DNA of 64,000 bases from an uncultured Candidatus Saccharibacteria bacterium. GTDB lineage: Bacteria; Patescibacteriota; Minisyncoccia; Portnoybacterales; UBA2143. A model generated the notes under the pieces. The model saw only the letters and a program-made list of their open reading frames with translations, did no database searches and was not told the DNA's origin. The stretch lies in contig CAZQMX010000002.1 in the NCBI GenBank assembly GCA_964594965.1, positions 44,306 through 108,305 on the forward strand. The letters are read 5' to 3'. Below, piece by piece: positions 54,486 to 63,434 of the stretch; position 1 is the first letter of the stretch, and each line of letters starts with the position of its first letter. A program made the position numbers and the translations under genes.

Positions 54486-55913
54486 CTAATTATATAACGC
54501 TTCTCTCCTTATTTCCTTGAGCAAGCCTGTTACTGTTCTGCTGTATTTAATCCTATTCCACGGATTAAGATTGTCCAGCGTTAACAACTCTGAAGGCAGC
54601 ATTACAAGCTGTTCGTTGATGTAATCCCTGATCTGCGACAAATCAGGCAATTCGTAAGAAACAATTCCGTTTTCGATCATCGGAATAAGGAGCGGTTCGC
54701 CCAGGTCTTCGCCAACGAGACCAACTACATCAGAAGAAAATTTTCCGTCCTGAAAAATTCTGTAAACTTGCTTGATGCCCGGATAGGACTGTTTTTCCGT
54801 AGAGAGCTTGGCACAATACTTAACTCCGTCCTTCCCGTTAATAGCTGCAAGCTTGTAAACAATCTCCAATTTCGGGTCGTCTGTGACTACCCCCACTTCG
54901 GTCACAACAATAAAGCAATCAACCGGCGCTTTTTGCCTGACTATTTTTTGTATCTTCCATTCATCAAGATTGGTAGCTACGATAATCTTTGTTTCTTTGA
55001 GGTCGGCCTGATCAAGTTCAGCCCGGGCATAACGGGACAATGTAACCAAATTACCCGAATCGATAATAACAGCGAATAATTGTTCCCCTCGTTCGGCCAT
55101 TTCCTGACCGACCTGTATTGCATTAGACAGTCCCTGGATCACATCGTAAGTATCTATCATTAGGGCTGCCGATTGGCCGAATCGTTTTGTAATTTCCCGC
55201 ATAGCAGTCAGTTCGTCATCAAACGAAACAATGTAGTTATGACAGGCCAGATTGATAGCCGGCTCCATGCCAAACTGATACTTTTTGGAAAACCCAGGCA
55301 TTGCCGTTCCACCAGCCGTACCGACCAGGTAAGAAGCCCGGCCGCATTTATAGGATGATTCAAATCCATGCGTCCGTTGACTAACCGAACCGACAATATC
55401 TGTCCCTTGGGCAGCAATTCTGCTTCGAATCATCTTTGATGTAAAGACCGTATTGCTGTGCACAGCAGCGATCAAAAATGAACCAATCAGGCTACCTTCA
55501 ATAATCGGAGCTGTAACACGGACAACCGGTTCCTGTGGAAAGAATATTGTTCCTTCAGGCATAGCATAAACATCTCCTGTAAACCGAACATTAGACAGAT
55601 AGTCGGCGAATCCTTCGGTGATAGTGCCGGCTTCGAGAAGATAGGCAATAGAATCATCATCGTATTGCCACTTGCTGAGGGCAGATACTATTTCTTCAAT
55701 ACCGCCCAAAACCAGGAAATTCCTGTTATAGGGTATGTCCCTGACCACCAGATCAAAGGTAGCAATCCGTTCATGTTGATTGAGTTCATACCAAACAGAG
55801 CAATTGGAGAAGATATAGGCCAGCTCAAAGAGCGGCAAATCATCTTGAACAAACAAATGGCTCTTTGGTATTCCAAGCTCTCCTCTAGACCAGTAATTCT
55901 CTGACTTTATCAT
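54486..55913 (-). CDS. pncB: nicotinate phosphoribosyltransferase family protein
   Basis: 475 aa; strong SD aaggaggg. Overall similarity pattern of the NAPRTase family; somewhat higher GC than housekeeping neighbours. Confidence 0.65.
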   Translation of the reverse strand: MIKSENYWSRGELGIPKSHLFVQDDLPLFELAYIFSNCSVWYELNQHERIATFDLVVRDIPYNRNFLVLGGIEEIVSALSKWQYDDDSIAYLLEAGTITEGFADYLSNVRFTGDVYAMPEGTIFFPQEPVVRVTAPIIEGSLIGSFLIAAVHSNTVFTSKMIRSRIAAQGTDIVGSVSQRTHGFESSYKCGRASYLVGTAGGTAMPGFSKKYQFGMEPAINLACHNYIVSFDDELTAMREITKRFGQSAALMIDTYDVIQGLSNAIQVGQEMAERGEQLFAVIIDSGNLVTLSRYARAELDQADLKETKIIVATNLDEWKIQKIVRQKAPVDCFIVVTEVGVVTDDPKLEIVYKLAAINGKDGVKYCAKLSTEKQSYPGIKQVYRIFQDGKFSSDVVGLVGEDLGEPLLIPMIENGIVSYELPDLSQIRDYINEQLVMLPSELLTLDNLNPWNRIKYSRTVTGLLKEIRREALYN

Positions 55914-56022
55914 AATTCCCTCCTTTATTGGATTATAGGTTGTCGGATTATATCAATATGCGGTTGTTAATTTAACTAAAAAACAGAATAACATAATATA
56001 CTATTCTGTCAAAATAAAATAA

Positions 56023-56044
56023 AAAACCAATTGGGATTGGTTTT
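56023..56044 (-). terminator. terminator hairpin after mpg (same aaaaccaat..attggtttt module)
   Basis: Identical hairpin module to 53601..53622. Confidence 0.5.
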
Positions 56045-56072
56045 GGGCAGAGGAATTTGCGAAAACTCTTTT

Positions 56073-56684
56073 TTAGTTGCGATACAGGAATCTTAATTTA
56101 CGCTGACTCCCATCAAGTTTTGGACTGATACCAATTCTTTTGTCAGATAATATTTCCTTGGGGCTTATAACAACGCCTCTGTCTTCAATAAATATGGTAT
56201 TTCCTGTTAAATTTTTGCCGTACAAATTGATATCAATGCCAAACGACTTGCATAGATTTCCCGGTGACTTGGTTAGATCATTAACCCGTCCAACCGGCTT
56301 CCCAAAATTACCCTTCATTATTTCTATGCCTTCCTCAGGAATAACTGCTCTAATAAAGACGACTTCTGGAATATTTTTCTTATTAACAACCAGAGCAAGC
56401 TGATGATAAATCCCGTAAACAAGATAAACGTAGGCATATCCACCATCCTGATACATAACTTCTGTTCGTCTAGTTCTTTTATTCCCGTGTGAGACTTTAT
56501 CAGAAAAAGCTGGATAAGCCTCAACCTCAATTATTTTTCCAGAAACCTTCCCTTTTGGGGAATTAAATACTAAATATTTTCCCAGAAATTCCTTTGCTAT
56601 ATCCCGAGCTGACCGCTGATAAAAAGATTTTTGTAATTTAGGCATCTTTGGGTATGGGTTCATGGGGTTGCTTCTTGGGTACAT
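56073..56684 (-). CDS. mpg: DNA-3-methyladenine glycosylase (Mpg/AAG family); probable start MPKLQKSFYQR (~56645)
   Basis: FYQRSARDIAKEFLGKYLV...GKIIEVEAY...RTRRTEVMYQDGGYAYVYLVYGIYH...FIRAV matches PF02245 conserved blocks. Confidence 0.75.
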   Translation of the reverse strand: MYPRSNPMNPYPKMPKLQKSFYQRSARDIAKEFLGKYLVFNSPKGKVSGKIIEVEAYPAFSDKVSHGNKRTRRTEVMYQDGGYAYVYLVYGIYHQLALVVNKKNIPEVVFIRAVIPEEGIEIMKGNFGKPVGRVNDLTKSPGNLCKSFGIDINLYGKNLTGNTIFIEDRGVVISPKEILSDKRIGISPKLDGSQRKLRFLYRN

Positions 56685-58423
56685 TGATAATCATGATAAT
56701 ATTTATAATCTATACTGCTAATAAAATATCCTGGCTTGTAAGTAGATTTAGCACACCAAGACACTACTTTTTGAGTACAACTACTATCCCAGTAACTATA
56801 ATCACCATCCCAATATCTATCCGAATATATTAAAGAGGGTTCACATATTTTTGCTGTTTGAGTACACCTAGAGTCATAATAATAGAGATCCGAATCATCA
56901 TAAAAATATCCCGGATAATTTGTAGATTTATAGCATCCTGGCACAGCTATTTGAGTACACCCGCTGTTATGATAAAAAGATTGAGTTTGGGGATTAATAT
57001 AAAAATCTTCATAGAAAATACAATTGGCAAGATAATTACACTGACTATCAGAATAAATATTTTCTCCATCTGAATAATATCCAGAATAAGTCAAAGAAGA
57101 GTAGCAGGGCTTTACGTATTGAGGGCCCGAATAACTAACATTACCATCCCATATTCTTGTTATTTTAGCTTTTTCATGTAAGTAATCTTCTGGTAATTGT
57201 CCTATTTTCCAACCCTTCTCCGTAGTTTCGTAATAATAATACCAATCATTCCCTATTGGATAATAATATCCTGATTGAGCATGAACTGTTTTAATCCCTA
57301 CTCCCATATGGTCATGAAATTCGATTAATGAAGCTCCTAGTCCCATAGCTTGAACAAGAGAAGCAAATAAATAAGAAGTATCTTCACAATCACCATTTCT
57401 TTCAACAAATGTTTCTATTGGATATTTTGGGAGGTCAGCAACATTTGTATAAAAATCAGCCACATAGGGTAAGCCTTGGACAAAGCTTACTATAAAGGAA
57501 CTACGATGATAATTTTCTCTATCTGCGATTTCTTTTAACGCTTCTGCTATCTCTTTAATAAATGGGTCGTTTTCTATTACATATTCAAGACCGTGAGAAC
57601 TCCTTGGTTTATTTTTATAATACTCATACCAATCTTCCTGTATTGAATAATTCCTAGTCCAAGATTTTCCATTGTGTTCCCATTGAAAATTCTGAGCAAG
57701 ATATCTTCCCCCGCCAGATGGATTTGCATCTTCATTATCATTAATTCCATCGTCGTCAGAGTCTTTATTTGTATCTAGTGTCCCTTGGTCTAATTCTTGT
57801 CTGTAAGTCAATCCATCCCCGTCACTATCAGCGTTCATTTTTTCTTCTTCTGCTTCTTTTGCTAATACTTCCTGTTCAGCTACTTGCCTAGCTAATTCTT
57901 CTTGTATCCTTTTATCTTCTTCCTCCACCGCCCTCTGCTGAGCTACCTTTTTCGCCGCTTCAGCTCTAGATCTTTTTTCGGTCTCTTGTTGGGTTTTCTG
58001 CTCAGCTTCTTCTTTGGCTATTTTAGATTCTTGAGCTTCCCCCTTAGCCCTTCTCTCTTCTAGGCCACTCATTTCAACTTCTCGCTCCAGTTCTTCTATT
58101 TTAAATTTCTCTTCCCACGATACCTTATAAATTAAGTTCGACACGTTTGCGAAAATCGGTTTGTCAGCTAAGAAATTTGAAATTTCTTTACCAAATCCCT
58201 GGCTATATAACGCTGCACTTATGCCCACTACAATAATCGATATCCAAATTATTAATTTTTTTGATACGGGGACCTTAATAAAACTCTCTTTGGTCTTAAT
58301 CCTGTTTTTTACAAATTCTACGCCTTTATTTTTATAAGATGGAAAAGACACGATCAAATTACGCCACTTATTAAGCGCTTTATCTCTTATAGTTCTTATC
58401 CTGTTTTTGAGATCTTTCCTCAT
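56660..58423 (-). CDS. membrane-anchored surface protein: coiled-coil E/K-rich region, Asp-rich TSP3-like Ca-binding motif, transglutaminase-like cysteine-protease core, C-terminal Tyr/Cys-rich triple repeat
   Basis: N-terminal TM LIIWISIIVVGISAALYS; DSDGDGLTYRQELDQGTLDTNKDSDDDGINDNED; RNGDCEDTSYLFASLVQAMGL...EFHDHMGV (G-x-C-x-x-x-x-(Y/F)-x-A plus downstream His/Asp as in TGase-like cores); 3x Y..D...YYDS.CTQ....C.KSTY.PGYF repeats. Confidence 0.55.
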   Translation of the reverse strand: MRKDLKNRIRTIRDKALNKWRNLIVSFPSYKNKGVEFVKNRIKTKESFIKVPVSKKLIIWISIIVVGISAALYSQGFGKEISNFLADKPIFANVSNLIYKVSWEEKFKIEELEREVEMSGLEERRAKGEAQESKIAKEEAEQKTQQETEKRSRAEAAKKVAQQRAVEEEDKRIQEELARQVAEQEVLAKEAEEEKMNADSDGDGLTYRQELDQGTLDTNKDSDDDGINDNEDANPSGGGRYLAQNFQWEHNGKSWTRNYSIQEDWYEYYKNKPRSSHGLEYVIENDPFIKEIAEALKEIADRENYHRSSFIVSFVQGLPYVADFYTNVADLPKYPIETFVERNGDCEDTSYLFASLVQAMGLGASLIEFHDHMGVGIKTVHAQSGYYYPIGNDWYYYYETTEKGWKIGQLPEDYLHEKAKITRIWDGNVSYSGPQYVKPCYSSLTYSGYYSDGENIYSDSQCNYLANCIFYEDFYINPQTQSFYHNSGCTQIAVPGCYKSTNYPGYFYDDSDLYYYDSRCTQTAKICEPSLIYSDRYWDGDYSYWDSSCTQKVVSWCAKSTYKPGYFISSIDYKYYHDYQCTQEATP

Positions 58424-58491
58424 CTTTCATTAAAGGGGGTCACGAAAGCCTCCGTTTTTAAATATTAATGACTAAAAGCCTTGTATTTGAT

Positions 58492-59130
58492 TTATTCATT
58501 TTTAGGTATGGGTTCATGGGGTTGGGTGGGGTTATTGAGTCTGTCTACATCAGGAGGAAAGATTAATCCTGTTATTATGGTAAATATAGCTACGCCAATC
58601 AGGGTCGCGATTAATAGACGGAGTGACCATCTTCTTAACCAATCCCACTGCTTTTGTTTTTTTGTGATATTTTCTTCGAAGATTTTACGAAAACCTTCTT
58701 TTTCTGTATTGTTTAATTCTTCTATGTCCTTTTCAAATTTACCGATATCATGGTGTGCTCTAGAGATAACTTTTAATACATCTTGTCGGATAAACTTGGG
58801 TATAAATTCTGCTCGTTCGTCGGCAATTGCACGATTTGCCTCTAAAACTTTGTTTTTATATATAATTTCAAAAATAATAGATACTATCGGAAAAACTAGT
58901 ATCAAAACAAAAAGCTGAAAGGGTAAACTATGACCTTCTTCTCTTAAAAACAGGAAAGACATCGCGCCAAAAATACCAACGTCCAGAGAGATAAGAAGAT
59001 TAGAGAATTTGTAAGTTTTTTCCATCGCGAACTCATCCCTCATTTTTAAATTCTCGTCTTTATAAAATTCCAGACGTTTAATAGCGTTATCAAAGTATTT
59101 TTCTTTAAGTTCGTTGATAGGAGAAGTCAC
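58492..59130 (-). CDS. hypothetical membrane protein (3 TM)
   Basis: 212 aa ORF with three hydrophobic helices; no family motif. Confidence 0.4.
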   Translation of the reverse strand: MTSPINELKEKYFDNAIKRLEFYKDENLKMRDEFAMEKTYKFSNLLISLDVGIFGAMSFLFLREEGHSLPFQLFVLILVFPIVSIIFEIIYKNKVLEANRAIADERAEFIPKFIRQDVLKVISRAHHDIGKFEKDIEELNNTEKEGFRKIFEENITKKQKQWDWLRRWSLRLLIATLIGVAIFTIITGLIFPPDVDRLNNPTQPHEPIPKNE

Positions 59131-59144
59131 AAAATCTTATAAAT

Positions 59145-60317
59145 TTAACTAATTTTAACTTTAACAAACTTTCTTTTTCCAACTTGGATAATGGTTTTAT
59201 CCTTTGGTGTGATTTCTTCGTTTGGATCTTTGATGACTTTGTTGTCTATCTTGACTCCTCCCTGTTCTATTAATCTTCTGGCTTCGCTTTTGCTTGGGGC
59301 TAGTTTTGATTCTGTTAGAATATCTGTCAGTTTTGTTTTTTCTGGCTTGGCTTTGAAGATGGGGGTGTCGGTTGGTTTTTCTTTGTCTTTGAAGACCTGG
59401 TTGAATTCTTTTTCTGCTTTTCTGGCTAAATCTTCGTTATGAAAGGTTTTGGTAATTTCTTTGGCTAATTTGGCTTTATCTTCTCTTGGATTTTTAACTT
59501 CTTTGACTTCTAAATCAGTTAATAATTCAAAGCCGGGAAGGATTAGGTCGTCTGGCCAGGACATAATCTGGCCAAACATTTGATTTGGTTCTTCATCTAA
59601 ATTAACAACATTTCCTTCAGTTTTACCCATTTTCTTTCCGCATGAATCAACTAGAAGTTTGGTTGTTAAAACAAACTTTTCTTTGTTTTTCATCTTCTTG
59701 ATTAATGTCCTGCCAGCCAACATATTAAACATCTGATCATTGCCGCCAACTTCTAAATCTACATCCATAGCAACAGAATCATAGGCCTGGGTTAATGGAT
59801 AAAGGAATTCATGCAAATAGATTGATTCATCTTGCTTTATTCTCTCCTGAAACATATCTCTTTGAATCATTTGTCCGTGAGTGAAATTAGAAGCCATTTC
59901 AATTAAATCAATAAAACTTAATTTATCATTCCACTCACTATTATAAAGAACCTTAACTGGATTTTCTCCTTCAAAATTGATGACTTTACTTGCCTGTTCC
60001 TGGTAATTGGTCATGTTCTTTTTAACTTCTTCTCTGGTCATTTTCTTTCTAACGGCGGTTTTATCAGTTGGGTCGCCAATCATACTGGTAAAATCTCCTA
60101 AAAGGAAAATGACTTCGTGGCCGAGGTCCTGGAATTGGGCTAATTTTCTTAAGGTAATCGCATGGCCAATATGAAGAGTTGGCGCCGTAGCGTCATAACC
60201 ACAATAAAGTTTAATCTTTTTGTCAGATTTTAAAACTTTTTCTAATTCTTCTTTAGAAGGATAGATTTTCTCTACGCCTCTGGTTAAAATTTTGTTTATT
60301 AGTTTTTCTTTATCCAT
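59145..60317 (-). CDS. tyrS: tyrosyl-tRNA synthetase with C-terminal S4 domain
   Basis: PTLHIGHAI (HIGH), KMGKTEGN (KMSKS), S4-like ARRLIEQGGVKIDNKVI. Confidence 0.9.
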   Translation of the reverse strand: MDKEKLINKILTRGVEKIYPSKEELEKVLKSDKKIKLYCGYDATAPTLHIGHAITLRKLAQFQDLGHEVIFLLGDFTSMIGDPTDKTAVRKKMTREEVKKNMTNYQEQASKVINFEGENPVKVLYNSEWNDKLSFIDLIEMASNFTHGQMIQRDMFQERIKQDESIYLHEFLYPLTQAYDSVAMDVDLEVGGNDQMFNMLAGRTLIKKMKNKEKFVLTTKLLVDSCGKKMGKTEGNVVNLDEEPNQMFGQIMSWPDDLILPGFELLTDLEVKEVKNPREDKAKLAKEITKTFHNEDLARKAEKEFNQVFKDKEKPTDTPIFKAKPEKTKLTDILTESKLAPSKSEARRLIEQGGVKIDNKVIKDPNEEITPKDKTIIQVGKRKFVKVKIS

Positions 60318-60371
60318 AGTTTTTAATTAAAAAATAGGGTTGGGAGCGGGAGATGGGCTTTTCTCCCGCTC

Positions 60372-60647
60372 TTATTGTAATAGGGGCTCGGTAATAGGTT
60401 TAATGTGTTCATCGTAAACTTCTGTGTAAAACTGTAGTTCTCTGCCAACAAAACTTGTCCAAATCTCTCCAAGCGTGACTCTTTTATGAAAGTTGTCTCC
60501 TAGACTAGGTATGATTTCTCCAAAATAGAAAAGGTACATTTTCTTTTTCTCGGAAAATACCAGAGCAGTAATATCTCCCCTTTTTTCAATAGTTGGTTTC
60601 TCAATCTCATTCTCCATAGCCCTTACCTCCTTTAGCCCAATTTCCAT
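60372..60647 (-). CDS. hypothetical small protein (91 aa)
   Basis: ORF followed by a 10-bp stem hairpin (gagcgggaga...tctcccgctc at 60331..60360) that could terminate it. Confidence 0.35.
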   Translation of the reverse strand: MEIGLKEVRAMENEIEKPTIEKRGDITALVFSEKKKMYLFYFGEIIPSLGDNFHKRVTLGEIWTSFVGRELQFYTEVYDEHIKPITEPLLQ

Positions 60648-60680
60648 TTTTCAATTGTTAAACATATTTTCACTATACCA

Positions 60681-60863
60681 CCCCCTGCCCCGTGGCGCAA
60701 TAATTGTTGCCTTCTACGGGGCCTGCCCCGAGCGAAGTCGAGGGGTTGATTAAACGGGTCAATTCTGGCAGAATAAATTAAGATAGAAAGCTTATAAAGC
60801 GCAGAAAATAAATTTTTGAAGAGTAGGTGTGGGCGCGCTGCCCGAGCAGAGCGAGGGTAGGGC
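60681..60863. repeat. intergenic GC-rich repeat cluster upstream of PBP1A gene
   Basis: ccccgtggcgcaataattgttgccttctacggggcctgccccgagcgaagtcgagggg and ctgcccgagcagagcgagggtagggc; family-1-like modules. Confidence 0.45.
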
Positions 60864-60900
60864 TAAGCGATTCAAAAATTTGATTTTCGGAGCTTAAATA

Positions 60901-63393
60901 ATGTTCAAAAAACTATTGAAACTTGCTGGATTTCTTTTTGCCATGGCCATTCTTTTGGGAATTGGTCTTTTTGCTTTCTTTGCTAAGGATTTACCTGATC
61001 CGACCAAAATGGGTTCCCGACAAATTGTTGAATCAACTAAAATCTATGACCGAACCGGCGAAGTCATTCTTTACGATATCCACGGCGAGGAAAAAAGAAC
61101 CATTATTCCATATGATCAAATCCCCCAATTCATTAAAGACGCCACTATTATCGCAGAAGATGATAATTTCTATCATCACATTGGCATTGACTGGAAAGGA
61201 ATTTTAAGAGCAGCCTGGGCCAATCTGAATAAAAACAAAATTGCCCAGGGCGGTTCAACCATTACCCAGCAATACATCAAGAATGCCTATCTGGGCGGTC
61301 CCAGGTCAGAAAGAACCTATGCCCGTAAAATTAAAGAAGCGATTTTGGCCGTTGAAATGGAAATAAAGTATTCTAAGGATGAAATTCTTGATTTCTATTT
61401 AAACCAGGTTTCCTATGGCTCTAATGCCTATGGGATTGAGGCGGCTGCCCAGACATTTTTTAACAAGAATACTGATGATTTAACTTTGGCCGAAGGCGCT
61501 CTTTTGGCATCCCTGCCCAAAGCCCCAAGCTATTTCTCCCCCTACGGCTCCCATATTGAAGATTTAAAAGCAAGACAGGAATATGTTTTAGAAAGAATGA
61601 TTAAATTCGGCTACATTACCGAAGAAGAGTCATTAGCCGCCAGGGAAGAAGAATTAAAATATGCTTCCCAGGGCGATTTAAAAGCTCATCATTTTATAAC
61701 AATGATTCAGGAATATTTAGAAGAAGAATACGGCCGAATCTATTCTGATATTAATATGGCTGGATTAAAGGTCTATACTACCCTGGATTGGGATATGCAG
61801 AGAATTGCTGAAGAAGTTGTCACCGAAGGGGTTGAAAAGAATGAAAAAACCTATCGGGCAACTAATGGAGCTCTGGTTGCGATTGACCCTAAAACCGGTC
61901 AGGTTTTAGCCCTGGTCGGTTCAAAAAACTATTCTGAAGATCAATTTAATGTTGCGACCAGTCCTTTTCGACAGCCGGGTTCTTCTTTTAAACCTTTTGC
62001 CTACGCCGTTGCTTTTGATGAAGGATATTCTCCGGATAGCATGATTTTTGATTTAGAAACCAGTTTTGGCAAATTTGGTCCAGCCGGAGCAGAAAAAGAA
62101 TACAAACCGAATAACTATGATTTGAAATTTAGAGGACCGGTTACTTTTAGACAGGCCTTGGCCCAGTCAATTAACCTGCCCTCGGTTAAAGTTCTTCATC
62201 TGGCTGGAGTCAATGATACGATTAATTTAGCCCAGGATATGGGAATTACAACCCTAAAAGAAAGGGGTCGGTATAGCTTGTCATTGGTTCTAGGCGGCGG
62301 CGAAGTTAAATTAATTGATGAAACCACAGCTTACGGAGTTTTTGCGACAGAAGGAGTCAAACATCCAACTAATTTAATTTTAAGGATTGAAGATGCTGAC
62401 GGAGACGTTTTAGAAGAATTCAAGGATGAATCTGACCGGGTTTTAGATAGTCAGGTTGCCCGTCAGATTACCAGTATTTTATCAGATGAAGCTGCCCGGG
62501 CACCAATGCTTGGTAATAATTCAAAATTGTATTTACCCGGACGGCCAGCCGCAGCCAAAACCGGAACAACCCAGGATTACGCTGATGGCTGGACAATTGG
62601 TTATACGCCCAGTTTGGTTGTTGGAGTTTGGGCGGGGAATAATGATTTTACCGATAAGATGAGAGTTGGGGCAGCTGGTCTTTATGTTGCCGCTCCAATC
62701 TGGAATGATTTTATGAGAAAAACTTATCAGGAAAAGACCGAAAGACCTGATGATGTTGAAGAAATTAAACCGAATACTTTCTTTTTACCCAAAAGCGCTG
62801 AAAACTTTAATCCACCCGATTCACCAAAAGAAAGTGACAAACCGATGGTTAATGGTCAATTAACTTTTGAAAATATTATTAAAATTGATAAAATCTCAGG
62901 AAAACTGGCGACAGATTTAACTCCACCTAATTTAATTGAAGAAAAAACCTATCGGGAAGTCCATTCAATTCTCTATTATGTTAATAAGAATGATGAACAA
63001 TTTGAAAACTGGGAAAATCCTGTTTTAAACTGGGCTCAAAACCAGCCCTGTGATAATAATATCTGCTATAATCAAGAGCCGCCTCAGGAAGAAGATGATG
63101 CCCATACCAAAGAAAACCAACCGAGTGTTGAGATTATTTCTCCTAGTCAGGGAACCTCAATTAGCCCGACTTATTTAATAATTAAAGCCGACGCTTCAGC
63201 GCCCTTAGGAATTAAACAAGTTGATTTCTTTTTTAATGACCAATTAATTGGAAGTGATACAAATTCACCTTATTCAGTTAATTTTAATATTTCCCATTAC
63301 TCATATGACTCCGGCAGGCAATATATTAAAGTCAGGGCTTATGATCAATCCCTTAATCGGGAAGAGGATGAGATATATATTAAAGTAGATTAA
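60901..63393 (+). CDS. class A penicillin-binding protein (PBP1A: glycosyltransferase + transpeptidase) with C-terminal extension
   Basis: GT51 motifs EDDNFYHHIGIDWKG, QGGSTITQQYIKN; transpeptidase SSFKPF (SxxK), SIN, KTGTT; N-terminal TM. Confidence 0.9.
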   Translation: MFKKLLKLAGFLFAMAILLGIGLFAFFAKDLPDPTKMGSRQIVESTKIYDRTGEVILYDIHGEEKRTIIPYDQIPQFIKDATIIAEDDNFYHHIGIDWKGILRAAWANLNKNKIAQGGSTITQQYIKNAYLGGPRSERTYARKIKEAILAVEMEIKYSKDEILDFYLNQVSYGSNAYGIEAAAQTFFNKNTDDLTLAEGALLASLPKAPSYFSPYGSHIEDLKARQEYVLERMIKFGYITEEESLAAREEELKYASQGDLKAHHFITMIQEYLEEEYGRIYSDINMAGLKVYTTLDWDMQRIAEEVVTEGVEKNEKTYRATNGALVAIDPKTGQVLALVGSKNYSEDQFNVATSPFRQPGSSFKPFAYAVAFDEGYSPDSMIFDLETSFGKFGPAGAEKEYKPNNYDLKFRGPVTFRQALAQSINLPSVKVLHLAGVNDTINLAQDMGITTLKERGRYSLSLVLGGGEVKLIDETTAYGVFATEGVKHPTNLILRIEDADGDVLEEFKDESDRVLDSQVARQITSILSDEAARAPMLGNNSKLYLPGRPAAAKTGTTQDYADGWTIGYTPSLVVGVWAGNNDFTDKMRVGAAGLYVAAPIWNDFMRKTYQEKTERPDDVEEIKPNTFFLPKSAENFNPPDSPKESDKPMVNGQLTFENIIKIDKISGKLATDLTPPNLIEEKTYREVHSILYYVNKNDEQFENWENPVLNWAQNQPCDNNICYNQEPPQEEDDAHTKENQPSVEIISPSQGTSISPTYLIIKADASAPLGIKQVDFFFNDQLIGSDTNSPYSVNFNISHYSYDSGRQYIKVRAYDQSLNREEDEIYIKVD

Positions 63394-63395
63394 AT

Positions 63396-63428
63396 AAAAA
63401 AGCCTTCTGATACTAGGGCTTTTTTTAA
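63396..63428. terminator. bidirectional rho-independent terminator between PBP1A and dnaN (aaagcc-(12 nt)-ggcttt + T7)
   Basis: Hairpin flanked by A-run upstream and T-run downstream. Confidence 0.6.
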
Positions 63429-63434
63429 TTCCAA

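Noticed and set aside
56858-57073. 71-aa + ORF rich in Ile/Arg
   Set aside because: Antisense to the transglutaminase-like gene's Tyr-rich repeat region.
58481-58918. 145-aa + ORF
   Set aside because: Antisense to the 58492..59130 membrane-protein gene.
60923-61207. 94-aa + ORF
   Set aside because: Alternative frame inside the PBP1A gene.
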